Source: an uncultured Alphaproteobacteria bacterium
Lineage (GTDB): Bacteria > Pseudomonadota > Alphaproteobacteria > RF32 > CAG-239
Assembly: GCA_944392265.1 (NCBI GenBank)
Contig: CALXWC010000001.1
Location: forward strand, 32,237-96,236
Direction of reading: 5' to 3'
DNA length: 64,000 bases
Part shown: positions 10,287 through 21,720 of the stretch, piece by piece
Layout: each line of letters starts with the position of its first letter
Numbering within the stretch: position 1 is the first letter of the stretch
The notes under the pieces: generated by a model
Databases searched by the model: none
Seen by the model: the letters and a program-made list of their open reading frames with translations, nothing else
What the model was told of the DNA's origin: nothing
Position numbers and translations under genes: made by a program

Positions 10287-10817
10287 TTACCATTTTTCCC
10301 AGTGGATTTTGCTTTCTTGATATCTGCCTTCAGGCTGTTTTGGGGTTTCTTGCGGGTAACCCAAAACAACTATTGAAAAAGGTTTGATATTTTCAGGAAG
10401 ATTAAAATATTCTTTTACACTTGCCATCGGTCCTGTCATCGGAGATGCTCCGCACCAACAAGCGCCCAACCCTAAAGCATGTGCAGCCAAAATCAAATTT
10501 TGAGTTGCGGCCGAACAGTCTATATCAACATAGCTCCAACCTTCTTTTTCTCTACTGAAAGCTTTGTCTGTGTTTCCGCAAACCAAAACAACGGCTGTGG
10601 CATTTTCTGCAAACAAAGCCGAACGTTGCATATGGCGAAATTGTTTTAAGACTTCGGGATTTTCAATAACCAAAAATTCCCAAGGTTGGGTATTGTGTGC
10701 TGAAGGTGCGTATTGCGCAGCCTTAATTAATTGTTCCATAGTTTCTTTGGAAATTTTTTTCGATGTATCAAATTTTCTAACCGAACGTCTGGTCAATAGA
10801 CCTTCCATCAATTCCAT
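10287..10817 (-). CDS. Nitroreductase family protein
   Basis: TRRSVRKF, APSAHNTQPWEF, NLILAAHALGLGACW and C-terminal KIHWEKW. Confidence 0.93.
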   Translation of the reverse strand: MELMEGLLTRRSVRKFDTSKKISKETMEQLIKAAQYAPSAHNTQPWEFLVIENPEVLKQFRHMQRSALFAENATAVVLVCGNTDKAFSREKEGWSYVDIDCSAATQNLILAAHALGLGACWCGASPMTGPMASVKEYFNLPENIKPFSIVVLGYPQETPKQPEGRYQESKIHWEKW

Positions 10818-10843
10818 CGTTTTCTCCTTTTGTTTTAATCTGA

Positions 10844-11446
10844 TTAATTTACAACACGATGTATATTTTCTATTCTTGGTAAAACAGAATTTTCAATAAT
10901 AAAAGATATTGATTTTTCTACCATTTTATCGGTATGTTCTAAAGTTTTTATTAATTCTGCGCTATTAAAGTTTTTATCTACCTGATTTTGCAGTGTATTA
11001 TACACGCCTGCCAAGTCTGATAAAGAATCGATAACCTCTGCCAAATAGTTTGCAAGTTTTAAGTCTTGTTTTCCACCCCAGAAACCTTCAACAAAGCCCC
11101 ACTCTACTTCATTATATCTGCAGATGCAAAAGTCTTTTAAATTTGCTTCATCTCTTTTGACAAACGGAAGCTTGACTTTGTTTTCTCTTACTTGTTCAAA
11201 CAATTCATCCCACAAGCCCATAAAAAATTTGAAAAACAAATCTGCCTCATCTTTGGTTTGTAAACGAGGTTCTTGTCCTTGCGGCCAAAAAGAAGATATA
11301 ACGTCCGTTGGTCTTAACTCCATATTCGGAGAGCAAATTGCGCCTAAAAAGCGCATTTTAACAACATCTAACGGCGTCACACATTTATAGTGTGCTAACA
11401 TTTTTTCAAAGGCTTCATCACCAATATATTTATTTTCGCTTTTCAT
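10844..11446 (-). CDS. Conserved hypothetical protein, UPF0149/YecA-like
   Basis: RFLGAICSP...MGLWDEL...GFVEGFWGG pattern resembles the YecA/UPF0149 helical fold. Confidence 0.55.
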   Translation of the reverse strand: MKSENKYIGDEAFEKMLAHYKCVTPLDVVKMRFLGAICSPNMELRPTDVISSFWPQGQEPRLQTKDEADLFFKFFMGLWDELFEQVRENKVKLPFVKRDEANLKDFCICRYNEVEWGFVEGFWGGKQDLKLANYLAEVIDSLSDLAGVYNTLQNQVDKNFNSAELIKTLEHTDKMVEKSISFIIENSVLPRIENIHRVVN

Positions 11447-11505
11447 TTTATTCTTCTTCGTTTATATATTAAGAAATTATATGTAATTTAGTGGAGTTTT
11501 GAGAA

Positions 11506-11865
11506 TTGTCCAGTAGAAAAATTTGTTTAATTTTATTCTTTTGTCTTTTTTTTGCTTCTTGTTCCATTACTAAGCCGTTTGTTGACCGCAGACGTGAAGC
11601 CGGCGCTCAAACGGAAGCAAGTTTATATGTCGGCGCATCTAAGCCAAAAGAGCCAGCCATCTGCTATAATGCTTTAACCACACCATATAAAGATGTGTTG
11701 GCCTTGGCTACGCAAGAATGTATCAAACAAAAAACCGGCGCTTATGCCGTTCCGGTTAAGCAAACCTCATTTACTTGCCGTTTGCTTATTCCAAACCATT
11801 TTTATTTTAGATGCGAAGGCACCCCGCCTACACAAAATGAACAAACTCAATCTAAAGCACAATAA
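11506..11865 (+). CDS. Putative lipoprotein
   Basis: Lipobox FAS-C and four further Cys. SD GGAG precedes a TTG start. Confidence 0.7.
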   Translation: MSSRKICLILFFCLFFASCSITKPFVDRRREAGAQTEASLYVGASKPKEPAICYNALTTPYKDVLALATQECIKQKTGAYAVPVKQTSFTCRLLIPNHFYFRCEGTPPTQNEQTQSKAQ

Positions 11866-11932
11866 TTTTGTTGTGTTTATAAATGTTATTATATAAATTA
11901 GCCTTAATTTGAACACTTATAGGAATTTTATA

Positions 11933-13678
11933 ATGAATTTATCTCTTGAACATTTAATTAATCAAAAATTGATTGCTATATTTTCTTTGCTTAATTTAGA
12001 CACCAAATTTGCCGCTGTTAAAGTTTCTGACCGTCCGGATTTGAGCGATTTTCAATGCAACGGTGCTTTGGCTTTGGCTAAAATTGAGCGTAAAAATCCT
12101 CGTGAAATTGCAAACCTTATTGCACAAGAATTGCAAAAAGATGAAGATTTTGCCAAAATCTCAATTGATGGTCCGGGCTTTATCAATATTTCATTATCTG
12201 ATAAATTTTTGGCTCATAATATTGATAAAATGGCCGAAGATAAAAACTTTGGCTGCGCAAAAGTTGAAAATCCAAGTCGCGTGGTGATGGATTTTGGAGG
12301 CCCGAACGTAGCAAAAGCTTTGCATGTTGGTCACTTGCGTTCTGCCGTTGTTGGCGAATCTATCAGACGTATTGAAACATTTGTCGGTAATACGGTTATT
12401 TCTGATGTTCACTTTGGCGATTGGGGAACCCCGATGGGTATGATTTTATCTGAAATCATTCGTCAAGACGGAGACCTTTCTAAAGTTGATACTTATGACA
12501 TCAAACAAATTTCTGCTTTCTACAAACAAGCCAACATCCGTTGCAAAGAAGATGAAAGCGCTAAAGAACAAGCTCGATTAATTACAACTAAAATTCAAGA
12601 CAAAGAACCCGAATTTTATAAAGCTTGGGAACATTTGCGTAAAGTTTCAGTAGATGACGTTAAGAAAAATTATAATGAATTGGATGCTCACTTTGATCTC
12701 TGGCTCGGTGAAAGCGATGCTCATGAATCTTGCAAAGAAATTGTGATGATTGCTCAAGAAAAAGGCATCTCTGAAGTTGATGACGGTGCAACAATCATTC
12801 GTTTGGATGAAACAAAGAGCCAACGTCCGCCCGTTATTTTGGTTAAAAGCGACGGTGGTTTTGGATATCAGCTCACCGACATTGCCACAATCAAAATGCG
12901 CTATGATGACTTAAAAGCAGATGAAATTATCTATGTCGTGGACAAGCGCCAATCTTTGCACTTTGAACAAGTTTTTGAAGTGGCAGAAAAGCTCAACATA
13001 GCACCTAACGTTAAATTCTTGCACATTGGTTTTGGTACGGTAAACGGTGCTGACGGCAAGCCTTTCAAAACCAGAGACGGCGGTGTGATGAACTTGGAAG
13101 ACCTTATCAAACTTTCTAAAGATAAAGTTCGTGAATCTTTGCCTTTGCCAAATGAAGTTGAAGGATATGGCGAAAAAGAAATTGAAAAAATGGTTACTCA
13201 AATTGCCATGGCTGCCATTAAATTCCAAGACTTAAAAAATAATATTGCTTCAGGCTATATTTTTGAATTGGATGATTTTGCTAAATTTGAAGGCAAAACC
13301 GGCCCATATATTCAATATGCCATTGCCAGAATAAACTCTATCATCCGTAAAGCTCAGGCAAATAACATTAAAGAAGGTAATGTTATTATCTCTAACCAAG
13401 AAGAGAAAGATTTGGCTCTTAAGATTTCTCAAATCAGCAATGTGATTATGCGTGCGCATACAGAGCATGAACCTAGCATTATTTCTGATTATGCTTATTC
13501 TTTGGCTCAAGCATTCAGTACGTTTTATAATGTTTCTTCCATTATGAATGCCGAATCTGAAGAGTTAGCATCTTCTCGATTGAAAATCTCTCGTTTGGTC
13601 AGAGATATTTTGGTTCAGCTTCTCTACCTTTTGGGAATTGAATCTCCTGAAGTTATGCTCAAAAAACAAAACGCATAA
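11933..13678 (+). CDS. argS: Arginine--tRNA ligase
   Basis: PNVAKALHVGHLRS (HIGH motif), HFGDWGT, KPFKTRDG and GPYIQYA. Confidence 0.97.
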   Translation: MNLSLEHLINQKLIAIFSLLNLDTKFAAVKVSDRPDLSDFQCNGALALAKIERKNPREIANLIAQELQKDEDFAKISIDGPGFINISLSDKFLAHNIDKMAEDKNFGCAKVENPSRVVMDFGGPNVAKALHVGHLRSAVVGESIRRIETFVGNTVISDVHFGDWGTPMGMILSEIIRQDGDLSKVDTYDIKQISAFYKQANIRCKEDESAKEQARLITTKIQDKEPEFYKAWEHLRKVSVDDVKKNYNELDAHFDLWLGESDAHESCKEIVMIAQEKGISEVDDGATIIRLDETKSQRPPVILVKSDGGFGYQLTDIATIKMRYDDLKADEIIYVVDKRQSLHFEQVFEVAEKLNIAPNVKFLHIGFGTVNGADGKPFKTRDGGVMNLEDLIKLSKDKVRESLPLPNEVEGYGEKEIEKMVTQIAMAAIKFQDLKNNIASGYIFELDDFAKFEGKTGPYIQYAIARINSIIRKAQANNIKEGNVIISNQEEKDLALKISQISNVIMRAHTEHEPSIISDYAYSLAQAFSTFYNVSSIMNAESEELASSRLKISRLVRDILVQLLYLLGIESPEVMLKKQNA

Positions 13679-13688
13679 AATATGGCAC

Positions 13689-13722
13689 AAAAAAACTCTC
13701 CTGAATTCAGGAGAGTTTTTTT
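13689..13722. terminator. Bidirectional terminator
   Basis: A7-CTCTCCTG-aatt-CAGGAGAG-T7. Confidence 0.85.
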
Positions 13723-13735
13723 AATTTAGCTTAAA

Positions 13736-14188
13736 TTATTTATCAGCAATCATAGCTGTGAATTCTGCTTCACTAACAACTTGACCGTCTACCAAAGATT
13801 GAGCTTTGAAAACAAAGATGTTGCGACGTTCTTTAATCTTTTCTACATGCATTTCAAGTTGATCGCCCGGTTTAACCATCTTGCGGAATTTAACACCGTC
13901 AATAGACATGAAGTAAACACCTCTTTTATCTTCTTCATAATTTTCAAAAGAAGAAATTACAACGGCACCGGCGGTTTGAGCCATAGCTTCAATTTGCAAA
14001 ACACCAGGCATTACCGGATTATTTGGAAAGTGACCTTGGAAAAATTCTTCATTCATGGTCACGTTTTTAATACCATAGCCTTTTGTTCCCGGTTCTTCAA
14101 CAAACAATCTGTCTACCAACAAAAACGGATAGCGGTGTGGTAACATTTTCATAATTTCTTCAATCGGATACATTTTAACTTCAGACAT
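13736..14188 (-). CDS. fabZ: 3-hydroxyacyl-ACP dehydratase
   Basis: LPHRYPFLLVDR and FFQGHFP..PVMPGVLQIEAMAQ. Confidence 0.97.
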   Translation of the reverse strand: MSEVKMYPIEEIMKMLPHRYPFLLVDRLFVEEPGTKGYGIKNVTMNEEFFQGHFPNNPVMPGVLQIEAMAQTAGAVVISSFENYEEDKRGVYFMSIDGVKFRKMVKPGDQLEMHVEKIKERRNIFVFKAQSLVDGQVVSEAEFTAMIADK

Positions 14189-14218
14189 TTTTCTTTCCTT
14201 ATATCTAATTATTAAAAA

Positions 14219-15232
14219 CTATTTTTTGCCAAGTTTTTGAATATTGGAAACTTGACGCATGAAATCTTTAATCGGTACAGCCGGTGTTCCCATAACAATT
14301 GCGCCTGGTTCAACATCACGCATTAAACCAGATTGAGCACCAATTTGCGCTCCGGCGCCAATATTTAAGTGGTCTGCAAAGCCAGATTGTCCGCCACAAA
14401 CGACATAATCTCCCAAGGTACAGCTACCGGCAATTCCGGTTTGAGAAACAATCACACAACCTCTGCCCAAAACATCATTATGAGCCACTTGAACCAAATT
14501 ATCTATACGGCAGCCGTCTCCGATGACCGTATCATCTAAAGCACCTCTGTCCACACAGGTATTAGCTGCGATTTCGACATCATTACCGATAATCACTCTA
14601 CCTAATTGCGGAATGCGCTCGTGCTTACCGTTAATAACCATAAAGCCAAAGCCATCTTGACCAATGCGAGCACCTGTATAGATATAACAATCATTTCCCA
14701 TAATGGTATAGCTTAAAGATGCGCAAGCCCCAATACGGCAATTGTTTCCGATTTTGCAATTTCTACCAATAACGGCATTATGCTCAATCACACAGTTGGT
14801 ACCGATTTCTACACCTTCTTCAATTACAACATATTCACCGATATATGCATTTTCACCAATCTTTGCTGAAGGAGCAATTTTTGCCGTTCTGGAGATTTCG
14901 GCTCTGTGTTTTTGTTCTTCATAAAAGGCTTTGTTTAATTTCAAAAAAGCTAATTTGGGGTTTGCTGAAATTAACTTGATAACATTTGCTGGAACAAAAG
15001 ATTTTAATTCTTCTGTTGTAACGCAGCATGTTGCTTTAATTTCAGCTGCTTTTTCTTTAGCCTTTTTGTCATAGAAAAAACAAACCTCACCTTCTTTGGC
15101 ATGAAACATTGTAGCAATATCTGAAATCAAGACATCTGCTTGAGCTTTGTCTTCCAAATTTGCTTCACAAATTTCGGCGATTTGAGCCAAGGTTAAAGGG
15201 CCTTTATTTATATAAAATGTCTTATCGACCAT
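14219..15232 (-). CDS. lpxD: UDP-3-O-acylglucosamine N-acyltransferase
   Basis: Hexapeptide repeats, [26 protein letters not shown] and [10 protein letters not shown]. Confidence 0.95.
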   Translation of the reverse strand: MVDKTFYINKGPLTLAQIAEICEANLEDKAQADVLISDIATMFHAKEGEVCFFYDKKAKEKAAEIKATCCVTTEELKSFVPANVIKLISANPKLAFLKLNKAFYEEQKHRAEISRTAKIAPSAKIGENAYIGEYVVIEEGVEIGTNCVIEHNAVIGRNCKIGNNCRIGACASLSYTIMGNDCYIYTGARIGQDGFGFMVINGKHERIPQLGRVIIGNDVEIAANTCVDRGALDDTVIGDGCRIDNLVQVAHNDVLGRGCVIVSQTGIAGSCTLGDYVVCGGQSGFADHLNIGAGAQIGAQSGLMRDVEPGAIVMGTPAVPIKDFMRQVSNIQKLGKK

Positions 15233-15246
15233 GGTTAACTCCAATA

Positions 15247-17511
15247 TTATAATCTTGTACCAAAGTTCAGGCGGAATACTTGTGTTTCATCGTAGTCTTC
15301 TTTAACAATCGGGAAGGCAATATCCACATCGATTTGTCCCATCGGAGACAACCATTGGAAACCAAAACCGGCTGCCACACGAGGTGTTGAAGAATATTCA
15401 ACATCATTAGCACCATCAATTCCATCCGGCTTACCTAACATACCCATATCTGCAAATGTACGGCCACGGATACCAACTTCGTCCAAGCCAATTGGGAAGG
15501 ACATTTCAGCACCAGAATAAATCATCCAGTTACCACCCAAGGCGTCTCCTGTGTTTTTATCTCTGGCACCAATACCTGCCGTATCAAAACCTCTTAAGGT
15601 TGATCCGCCTAAATTATAACGGTTGAACAAGCGGACATCTTCTCCTCCTAAACCAGTGATATATCCAGCTTGAGTAAACAGCTTAAAGGTATAGTCATCT
15701 GCAATTGTATAATATTTATAAACTTTTGCATCAAACTTAGCATATTTTTCATCACCACCAGCGCCAGCTACATCATTACCGAAAGATACATAATATCCTT
15801 CTTTTGGATTGATAGCGCTATCTCTCTTATCATAAACGAGGGTTTGACCAACAACAGATGCATCATATTTACCAATTTCTTCTTTAACATATTTAGATGC
15901 GTCTGAAGCAACATTGTTAATTTCATCTTGCTTATATGTATAACGAACATATTGAGAGAATGAATCTGTATATTTCCATCCCAAACGTAAACGTCCGCCC
16001 ATGCTGCTCATATCATAAGAACCGTAATCTTGATAATCTTCTTCGGTTCTGAACAAATCTACACCGGCGCTTAAGTTTCTGTTCATGAAATATGGTTCGG
16101 TAAAGCTGATATCATATTCTTGCGTTCTTTGAGAAATGCCGACATCCAAACCAAGTTGTTGTCCCATACCTCTGAAGTTGTTTTCGGTTACACCTGTTCT
16201 GAACAACATACCGTTCACGGTTGAGTAACCAACACCTACGTTAAAGTATCCGGTTGATTTTTCTTCAACATTAACGTCAATATCTGCTTTGTTTGCCCCT
16301 GCCGGAACAGTCTTAACATCTACTTTGCTAAAGTAATTTAAGTTTTCTACGTTCTTCTTAGATGCTTTAATCTTAGAAGCGTTAAAGGCATCGCCTTCAT
16401 CTATTCTGAATTCTCTTCTGATAACTTCATCGTGAGTTCTGGTGTTGCCCTTGATATTAATACGGTTAACAAAAACACGTTCACCTTCCATAATTTTGAA
16501 GACAACAACTATCTTTGCCGTTTTAGTATCTATTTGCAAGTCAGGTACAACATCTACAAAAGCAAAACCTTGTTTGCCCAATTCTTCGGTAATTTTTTGA
16601 ACAGAAGAATCTATCTTGGTGTCATTGTACCATTCACCAACTTCAAAATCTAAATCTTTTTCTAATGGTTTAAGGTTTACGTCCTTAATTTCAGAATCGA
16701 ATCTGATTGCAGAAATTTTGTATCTTTGTCCTTCATTCAAAACATAGTTCAAAACAAAGGATGTTTTATCGGGGCTCAACTCTGCAATGGCTGAGTTAAC
16801 CTTAAAATCTGCATAACCTCTTTTTAAGTAAAAGCGACGCAATAATTCTTTATCATAATTGCTCTTATCGGCATCATAAGTTTCAGAGCTGGAGAAAATA
16901 CGATACCATCTGCTTTCCTTACTCATAATGGCATTGGCCAAGTCATCATCTGAATAACGTTTGTTTCCGACAAAATTGATTTTGGTAATATTGGCCAAAG
17001 GTCCTTCATTAATCTCATAAATCAAATCTACACGATTTTGATCTCTTTTAATGATTTTTGGAACAACGGTTGTGGCATAACGACCTGTTCTTTTATATAC
17101 GGTGATAATGCGTTGAACATCTTCTTGAACCTTTGAACGGTCATAAATTGAGCCTGAACTCAAGCTCACTTCTTTTGCCAACATATCTTCGCTAACCTTT
17201 TCGTTACCATCAAAATAACGTTGGTTAACAATCGGGTTTTCAATAACTTTAATGGTCAAAAGGCCATCTGATTTTACATCAAAAATAACATCTGTGAATA
17301 AACCCGTGTTATACAGATTTTTTAACGAATCGTCTAAATTTTCTTGAGAAACGGTCTGCCCGGTCGGAATATTTACATATGATAATACGGTATCAACCTC
17401 TACTCTTTTTAAGCCTTCCACATTGACATCTCTGACATAAACATCATTAGCCCATGAAGGTGCAGCCAACAACATGCTTAACCCGAGTGTATAACATCCT
17501 ACTTTTTTCAT
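15247..17511 (-). CDS. bamA: Outer membrane protein assembly factor BamA
   Basis: POTRA domains, LRGF motif, C-terminal FRLNFGTRL. Confidence 0.96.
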   Translation of the reverse strand: MKKVGCYTLGLSMLLAAPSWANDVYVRDVNVEGLKRVEVDTVLSYVNIPTGQTVSQENLDDSLKNLYNTGLFTDVIFDVKSDGLLTIKVIENPIVNQRYFDGNEKVSEDMLAKEVSLSSGSIYDRSKVQEDVQRIITVYKRTGRYATTVVPKIIKRDQNRVDLIYEINEGPLANITKINFVGNKRYSDDDLANAIMSKESRWYRIFSSSETYDADKSNYDKELLRRFYLKRGYADFKVNSAIAELSPDKTSFVLNYVLNEGQRYKISAIRFDSEIKDVNLKPLEKDLDFEVGEWYNDTKIDSSVQKITEELGKQGFAFVDVVPDLQIDTKTAKIVVVFKIMEGERVFVNRINIKGNTRTHDEVIRREFRIDEGDAFNASKIKASKKNVENLNYFSKVDVKTVPAGANKADIDVNVEEKSTGYFNVGVGYSTVNGMLFRTGVTENNFRGMGQQLGLDVGISQRTQEYDISFTEPYFMNRNLSAGVDLFRTEEDYQDYGSYDMSSMGGRLRLGWKYTDSFSQYVRYTYKQDEINNVASDASKYVKEEIGKYDASVVGQTLVYDKRDSAINPKEGYYVSFGNDVAGAGGDEKYAKFDAKVYKYYTIADDYTFKLFTQAGYITGLGGEDVRLFNRYNLGGSTLRGFDTAGIGARDKNTGDALGGNWMIYSGAEMSFPIGLDEVGIRGRTFADMGMLGKPDGIDGANDVEYSSTPRVAAGFGFQWLSPMGQIDVDIAFPIVKEDYDETQVFRLNFGTRL

Positions 17512-17536
17512 TTATAGATCCTTATCTATCAACCTT

Positions 17537-18682
17537 TTATGCAAACCATCTTTGTACCAAATGAACAATATCGTTCCATGTGGCAAAAATCATTAATGAA
17601 ATAAGCAAAGCAAAACCTACTCTGAATAATCCATCTTTGACTTTTTGATTTAACTCTCTTCCGAAAGTCATTTCTAACAAATAAATAACAACATGTCCAC
17701 CATCAAGCAATGGTATTGGAAATAAATTAATTAATCCTAAATTTACGGACAACATTGCCATAAATAAAAACAAACTTAAAACACCTTGGTCTTTGGTAAT
17801 GTCTCCGGACATTTCGGCAATGCGCAAAACACCGCCAACATCTTCCGCTCCTCTTTTACCTGTTATCATTTGACCAACGCCACGCAAGGTTACAACCGTG
17901 ATATCCCAAACTTGTTCAGATGCATCGGCAATAGATTCAAAGAATCCCATCTGAATTTTTTTAACATCAAAGGTATTAATTGATTTTACACCTAGCATCG
18001 GGCGTGTTTGTTTTTTGGCATCTTGTGTTTTGTCACCTGTAACTTCTGCCACGCTCAAAGTTTTTAACGGAAAAGATTTTTGAATGATTTTTCCGTTTCT
18101 TTCTACTTCGATACTGATTTTTTCATTGGTATTGAGTTCTATCTCTCTTGAAATATCACCAAAATATTCAATCTTGTGTCCATTGATGCTTACGATTTTA
18201 TCTTTAGGCATAATTCCGGCTTGAGCTGCGGCACTGTTCGGAATAACCTCTCCAACCACGGCCGGAAACTCTATTTTTCCAATAAAAAACAGAACACAAG
18301 CAAAAATCGCAATTGCAAAGATATAGTTTGCGGCAGGACCTGCAACAGAAATCAAAAGTTTTTTTAATGGCGGTTGAAACGGAAATGCCATTTTCTTCTC
18401 TTCTTCAGTCAAATCTTTAACTTCAGAAGTAGAACTTGAAGCGTCTCCATCACCCAAAAACTGACAATATCCGCCCAAAGGAATCGCACTGATTTTCCAT
18501 TTGGTTCCGGATTTATCGGTAAAGCCCCATAATTGCTTACCGAATCCGATAGAGAAAGCCTCAACTTTCACACCAGATAATTTGGCCATTAAATAGTGAC
18601 CAAATTCGTGCACGAAAACCAAAATTCCTAATACAACGATAAACGGAATAACATAATATAATGTATTTATCAGCCAAGACAT
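17537..18682 (-). CDS. rseP: RIP metalloprotease RseP
   Basis: HEFGH, PDZ domain and NLFPIPLLDGGH. Confidence 0.96.
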   Translation of the reverse strand: MSWLINTLYYVIPFIVVLGILVFVHEFGHYLMAKLSGVKVEAFSIGFGKQLWGFTDKSGTKWKISAIPLGGYCQFLGDGDASSSTSEVKDLTEEEKKMAFPFQPPLKKLLISVAGPAANYIFAIAIFACVLFFIGKIEFPAVVGEVIPNSAAAQAGIMPKDKIVSINGHKIEYFGDISREIELNTNEKISIEVERNGKIIQKSFPLKTLSVAEVTGDKTQDAKKQTRPMLGVKSINTFDVKKIQMGFFESIADASEQVWDITVVTLRGVGQMITGKRGAEDVGGVLRIAEMSGDITKDQGVLSLFLFMAMLSVNLGLINLFPIPLLDGGHVVIYLLEMTFGRELNQKVKDGLFRVGFALLISLMIFATWNDIVHLVQRWFA

Positions 18683-18690
18683 ATTTTCAC

Positions 18691-19479
18691 CTATATTCCG
18701 GATGCGATATAACTAAACAAAATAAAAACTAACGGTGCAGAAAAGATTAAGCCGTCTACTCGGTCAAAAATTCCGCCATGTCCGGGAATTAGATTGCTGG
18801 AATCTTTTATGTTCAAAGAGCGTTTGATATAAGATTCAACTAAATCTCCGATTTGGGCAATAATCGCAATAATACCGCCGAGAACTGCATAGAAAACAAC
18901 ATTGTCAGCTACGGTGAAAGCATAACTATAAGCAACACTCACACCCATAGACAACAACGCACCGCCAATTAAGCCGGCCCAAGTTTTATTCGGGCTAATT
19001 TTTGGCGCCAACTTTGGACCTTTGATGGTTGAACCGAAAATATAACCGCCGGTGTCAACACTCCATACCATTAACAAAAACCACATAGTGTCTAAGAAAC
19101 CAACCGTATCATACAACCACATAACAGAACCGAAACCAATGGTTATATAAAACACGCCTAAGGTTAATAAACCTCTGTGAGCCTCATTTTTGGCTTTAAC
19201 CCAAATAAAGACGGCAGATAAGAACATCAGAGCCAAAATTGCTATCAAAGAAGGAAACAAAATTGCAGATACAATGCTCATTGTATATGTGATGCTATAA
19301 ACAACGGCATTTTTATTTGGAACCATATTAGACCATTCCCATGCCATTAAAGCACCGATAACAATTGCCATCATATGCAAATAAGGATAACCTGCATACA
19401 TTGTACCGATGACAATCGGGATTAAAACCAAAGCCGTGACGACTCTTTTGATAATCTTGTTAAGCTTTGATTGCTCCAT
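18691..19479 (-). CDS. cdsA: Phosphatidate cytidylyltransferase
   Basis: ISPNKTWAG and GDLVESYIKR..KDSSNLIPGHGGIFDRVD. Confidence 0.95.
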   Translation of the reverse strand: MEQSKLNKIIKRVVTALVLIPIVIGTMYAGYPYLHMMAIVIGALMAWEWSNMVPNKNAVVYSITYTMSIVSAILFPSLIAILALMFLSAVFIWVKAKNEAHRGLLTLGVFYITIGFGSVMWLYDTVGFLDTMWFLLMVWSVDTGGYIFGSTIKGPKLAPKISPNKTWAGLIGGALLSMGVSVAYSYAFTVADNVVFYAVLGGIIAIIAQIGDLVESYIKRSLNIKDSSNLIPGHGGIFDRVDGLIFSAPLVFILFSYIASGI

Positions 19480-20182
19480 ATCTTCTCTCCCTTTTTTGAT
19501 AATCTTCAATAATTTTTATGAGCTCTTTTTCTGAAAAATCAGGCCATAAAGTCTCTGTAAAGAAGAACTCCGTATAAGCTAACTGCCATAAGAGATAATT
19601 GCTTATTCTTTGTTCTCCGCTAGTGCGAATCAAAATATCCGGATCCGGCATATCATGCGTATACAACATAGCTGAAAATAAGTTTTCATCAATATCTTTG
19701 GGTGCGATATCCCCTCTTTTCACCAATTCGGATACTTTTTGCGCCGCAGATACGATTTCTTGTCTGGAACCGTAACTTAAGGCAATGCACAAGGTCATTT
19801 TTTGATTTTGAAGAGTTTCGGCTTCAAGTTTGTTCATGCTTTCTACAATATCTGCATCAAGCATCTGACGTTCACCGATAAAACGAATGCGAACTCCTTT
19901 TTCTTGAAGTTCTTTCAAATCAGATGCCAGATATTGGCGCAACAAATCCATCAAAGCAGAAACTTCTTCTTTTGAACGTTTCCAGTTCTCTGTTGAAAAA
20001 GCATATAAGGTTAAATATTTTATGCCTGCCTTTTCAACCGCTTTGCAGATTTCTTTGACAACTTCGGCACCTTTTTTATGCCCCATATTTCTGGGCAAAG
20101 CTCTTTTTTTGGCCCAACGGCCGTTGCCGTCCATGATAATGGCGATGTGTTCTATCGGCCTATTTGTACTATCACTACTCAA
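19460..20182 (-). CDS. uppS: Undecaprenyl diphosphate synthase
   Basis: HIAIIMDGNGRWA, FSTENWKR and IRTSGEQRISNYLLWQ. Confidence 0.97.
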   Translation of the reverse strand: MSSDSTNRPIEHIAIIMDGNGRWAKKRALPRNMGHKKGAEVVKEICKAVEKAGIKYLTLYAFSTENWKRSKEEVSALMDLLRQYLASDLKELQEKGVRIRFIGERQMLDADIVESMNKLEAETLQNQKMTLCIALSYGSRQEIVSAAQKVSELVKRGDIAPKDIDENLFSAMLYTHDMPDPDILIRTSGEQRISNYLLWQLAYTEFFFTETLWPDFSEKELIKIIEDYQKRERRYGAIKA

Positions 20183-20236
20183 AACAAAAACCCTTTATGA
20201 GAAACAATACTTTTAACTAAAAAAACGAAACAGAGA

Positions 20237-20800
20237 TTAGACTTGCATAATGTCTTTTTCTTTGCGAGCCAATTCTTCATCAATTTTTTTGATTGTTTCA
20301 TCCGTTAATTTTTGGATTTCATTTTCATATTTCTTTTCTTCATCTTCAGAAATAGCATTATCTTTTTTGAGTTTTTTAATGCCGTCCAAAGCATCTCTTC
20401 TTACGTTGCGAACCGCAATTTTGCCTTGTTCTGCATATTTGCCGGCAACCTTAACCAACTCTTTTCTGCGCTCTTCACTCAATGGCGGAATTGGAATACG
20501 GATTAATTGACCGTCAGATACCGGATTTAAGCCTAAATCAGACTCTCTTATGGCTTTTTCAACAGCTTTGGCCAAGCTTTTATCCCAAACACTAACAGAC
20601 AAAGTTCTGGCATCAGGAACACTAACCGTACCAACTTGAGCCAACGGGGTCGGAGAACCATAAGCCTCAACCATAATGCCGTCTAACAAACTGGCATGTG
20701 CTCTGCCTGCTCTCAAGCCGCCAAAGTCTGATTTCAAGGAATCAAAACTCTTTTCCATACGTGTTTTGGTATCATTTTTAATTTCATTATAATCTGACAT
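20237..20800 (-). CDS. frr: Ribosome recycling factor
   Basis: LRAGRA, DLGLNP and [12 protein letters not shown]. Confidence 0.97.
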   Translation of the reverse strand: MSDYNEIKNDTKTRMEKSFDSLKSDFGGLRAGRAHASLLDGIMVEAYGSPTPLAQVGTVSVPDARTLSVSVWDKSLAKAVEKAIRESDLGLNPVSDGQLIRIPIPPLSEERRKELVKVAGKYAEQGKIAVRNVRRDALDGIKKLKKDNAISEDEEKKYENEIQKLTDETIKKIDEELARKEKDIMQV

Positions 20801-20815
20801 ATAAACCTCATTTGA

Positions 20816-21526
20816 TTATTTAATTATTGTAAACTTGCCTTCTCCGGAAACCGTTTTTTGCAATCCGTCTGCCTCACTTTGAGAAAAGACAACAATTGGA
20901 ATATGATTTTCTCTTGCCAAGGCAATGGCTGATATATCCATCACCTTCAGTTGTTGTTCGATTACTTCATCAAAAGAGATTTCATCATACCTTTTGGCAT
21001 GCGGATTTGTTTTTGGATCCGAATCATAAACACCGTCAACCTGTGTTGACTTCAAAATAACGTCACATTGCATTTCAGAAGCTCTTAATGCAGCACCGGT
21101 ATCCGTGGTGAAATATGGGTTTCCGGTTCCGGCAGCAAAAATAACCACTCTTTTCTTTTCCAAATGGCGCAAAGCTCTTCTGTATACATAATGTTCACAA
21201 ACTTCAGGGATATTTAATCCGGACAATACTCTTGCCGGAACGCCTATTTTTTCCAAAGCATTTTGAATGTAAAGCGCGTTCATCACTGTTGCCAACATTC
21301 CCACATGGTCTGCAACGGTGCGGTTCATTCCAGATGAGGCTTCTTTCGCGCCTCGGAAAATATTGCCACCGCCGACAACCACGCAAACCTCAACACCTGC
21401 TTCATATACAGACTTTATTTGCTTGGCTAAAGAGTCAATAACCTTGGCAGACATGCCAAACTCTTTTTCTCCCATCAAACCTTCGCCGGAAAGTTTGAGC
21501 ATTATTCTTTTATATATAGGCTTCAT
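20816..21526 (-). CDS. pyrH: UMP kinase
   Basis: LKLSGE, GGGNIFRG, GMLATVMN and GNPYFTTD. Confidence 0.97.
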   Translation of the reverse strand: MKPIYKRIMLKLSGEGLMGEKEFGMSAKVIDSLAKQIKSVYEAGVEVCVVVGGGNIFRGAKEASSGMNRTVADHVGMLATVMNALYIQNALEKIGVPARVLSGLNIPEVCEHYVYRRALRHLEKKRVVIFAAGTGNPYFTTDTGAALRASEMQCDVILKSTQVDGVYDSDPKTNPHAKRYDEISFDEVIEQQLKVMDISAIALARENHIPIVVFSQSEADGLQKTVSGEGKFTIIK

Positions 21527-21720
21527 TTATCCATATCCTCTTATATTTTTTTTCAATATAACGGAATAAATCGCTTTGTCATCAACATTTTTTGTTTTTT
21601 ACCAACAATTCTCTTCATTTATAAGTAAGAAATAAACAAGATGACAAAAATTAAGTTGCAAGATTAAGCTCTTGTGCTAAAACTAGGGAAAATTGGAAAA
21701 ATTTTATAAAGAGAAAAACT

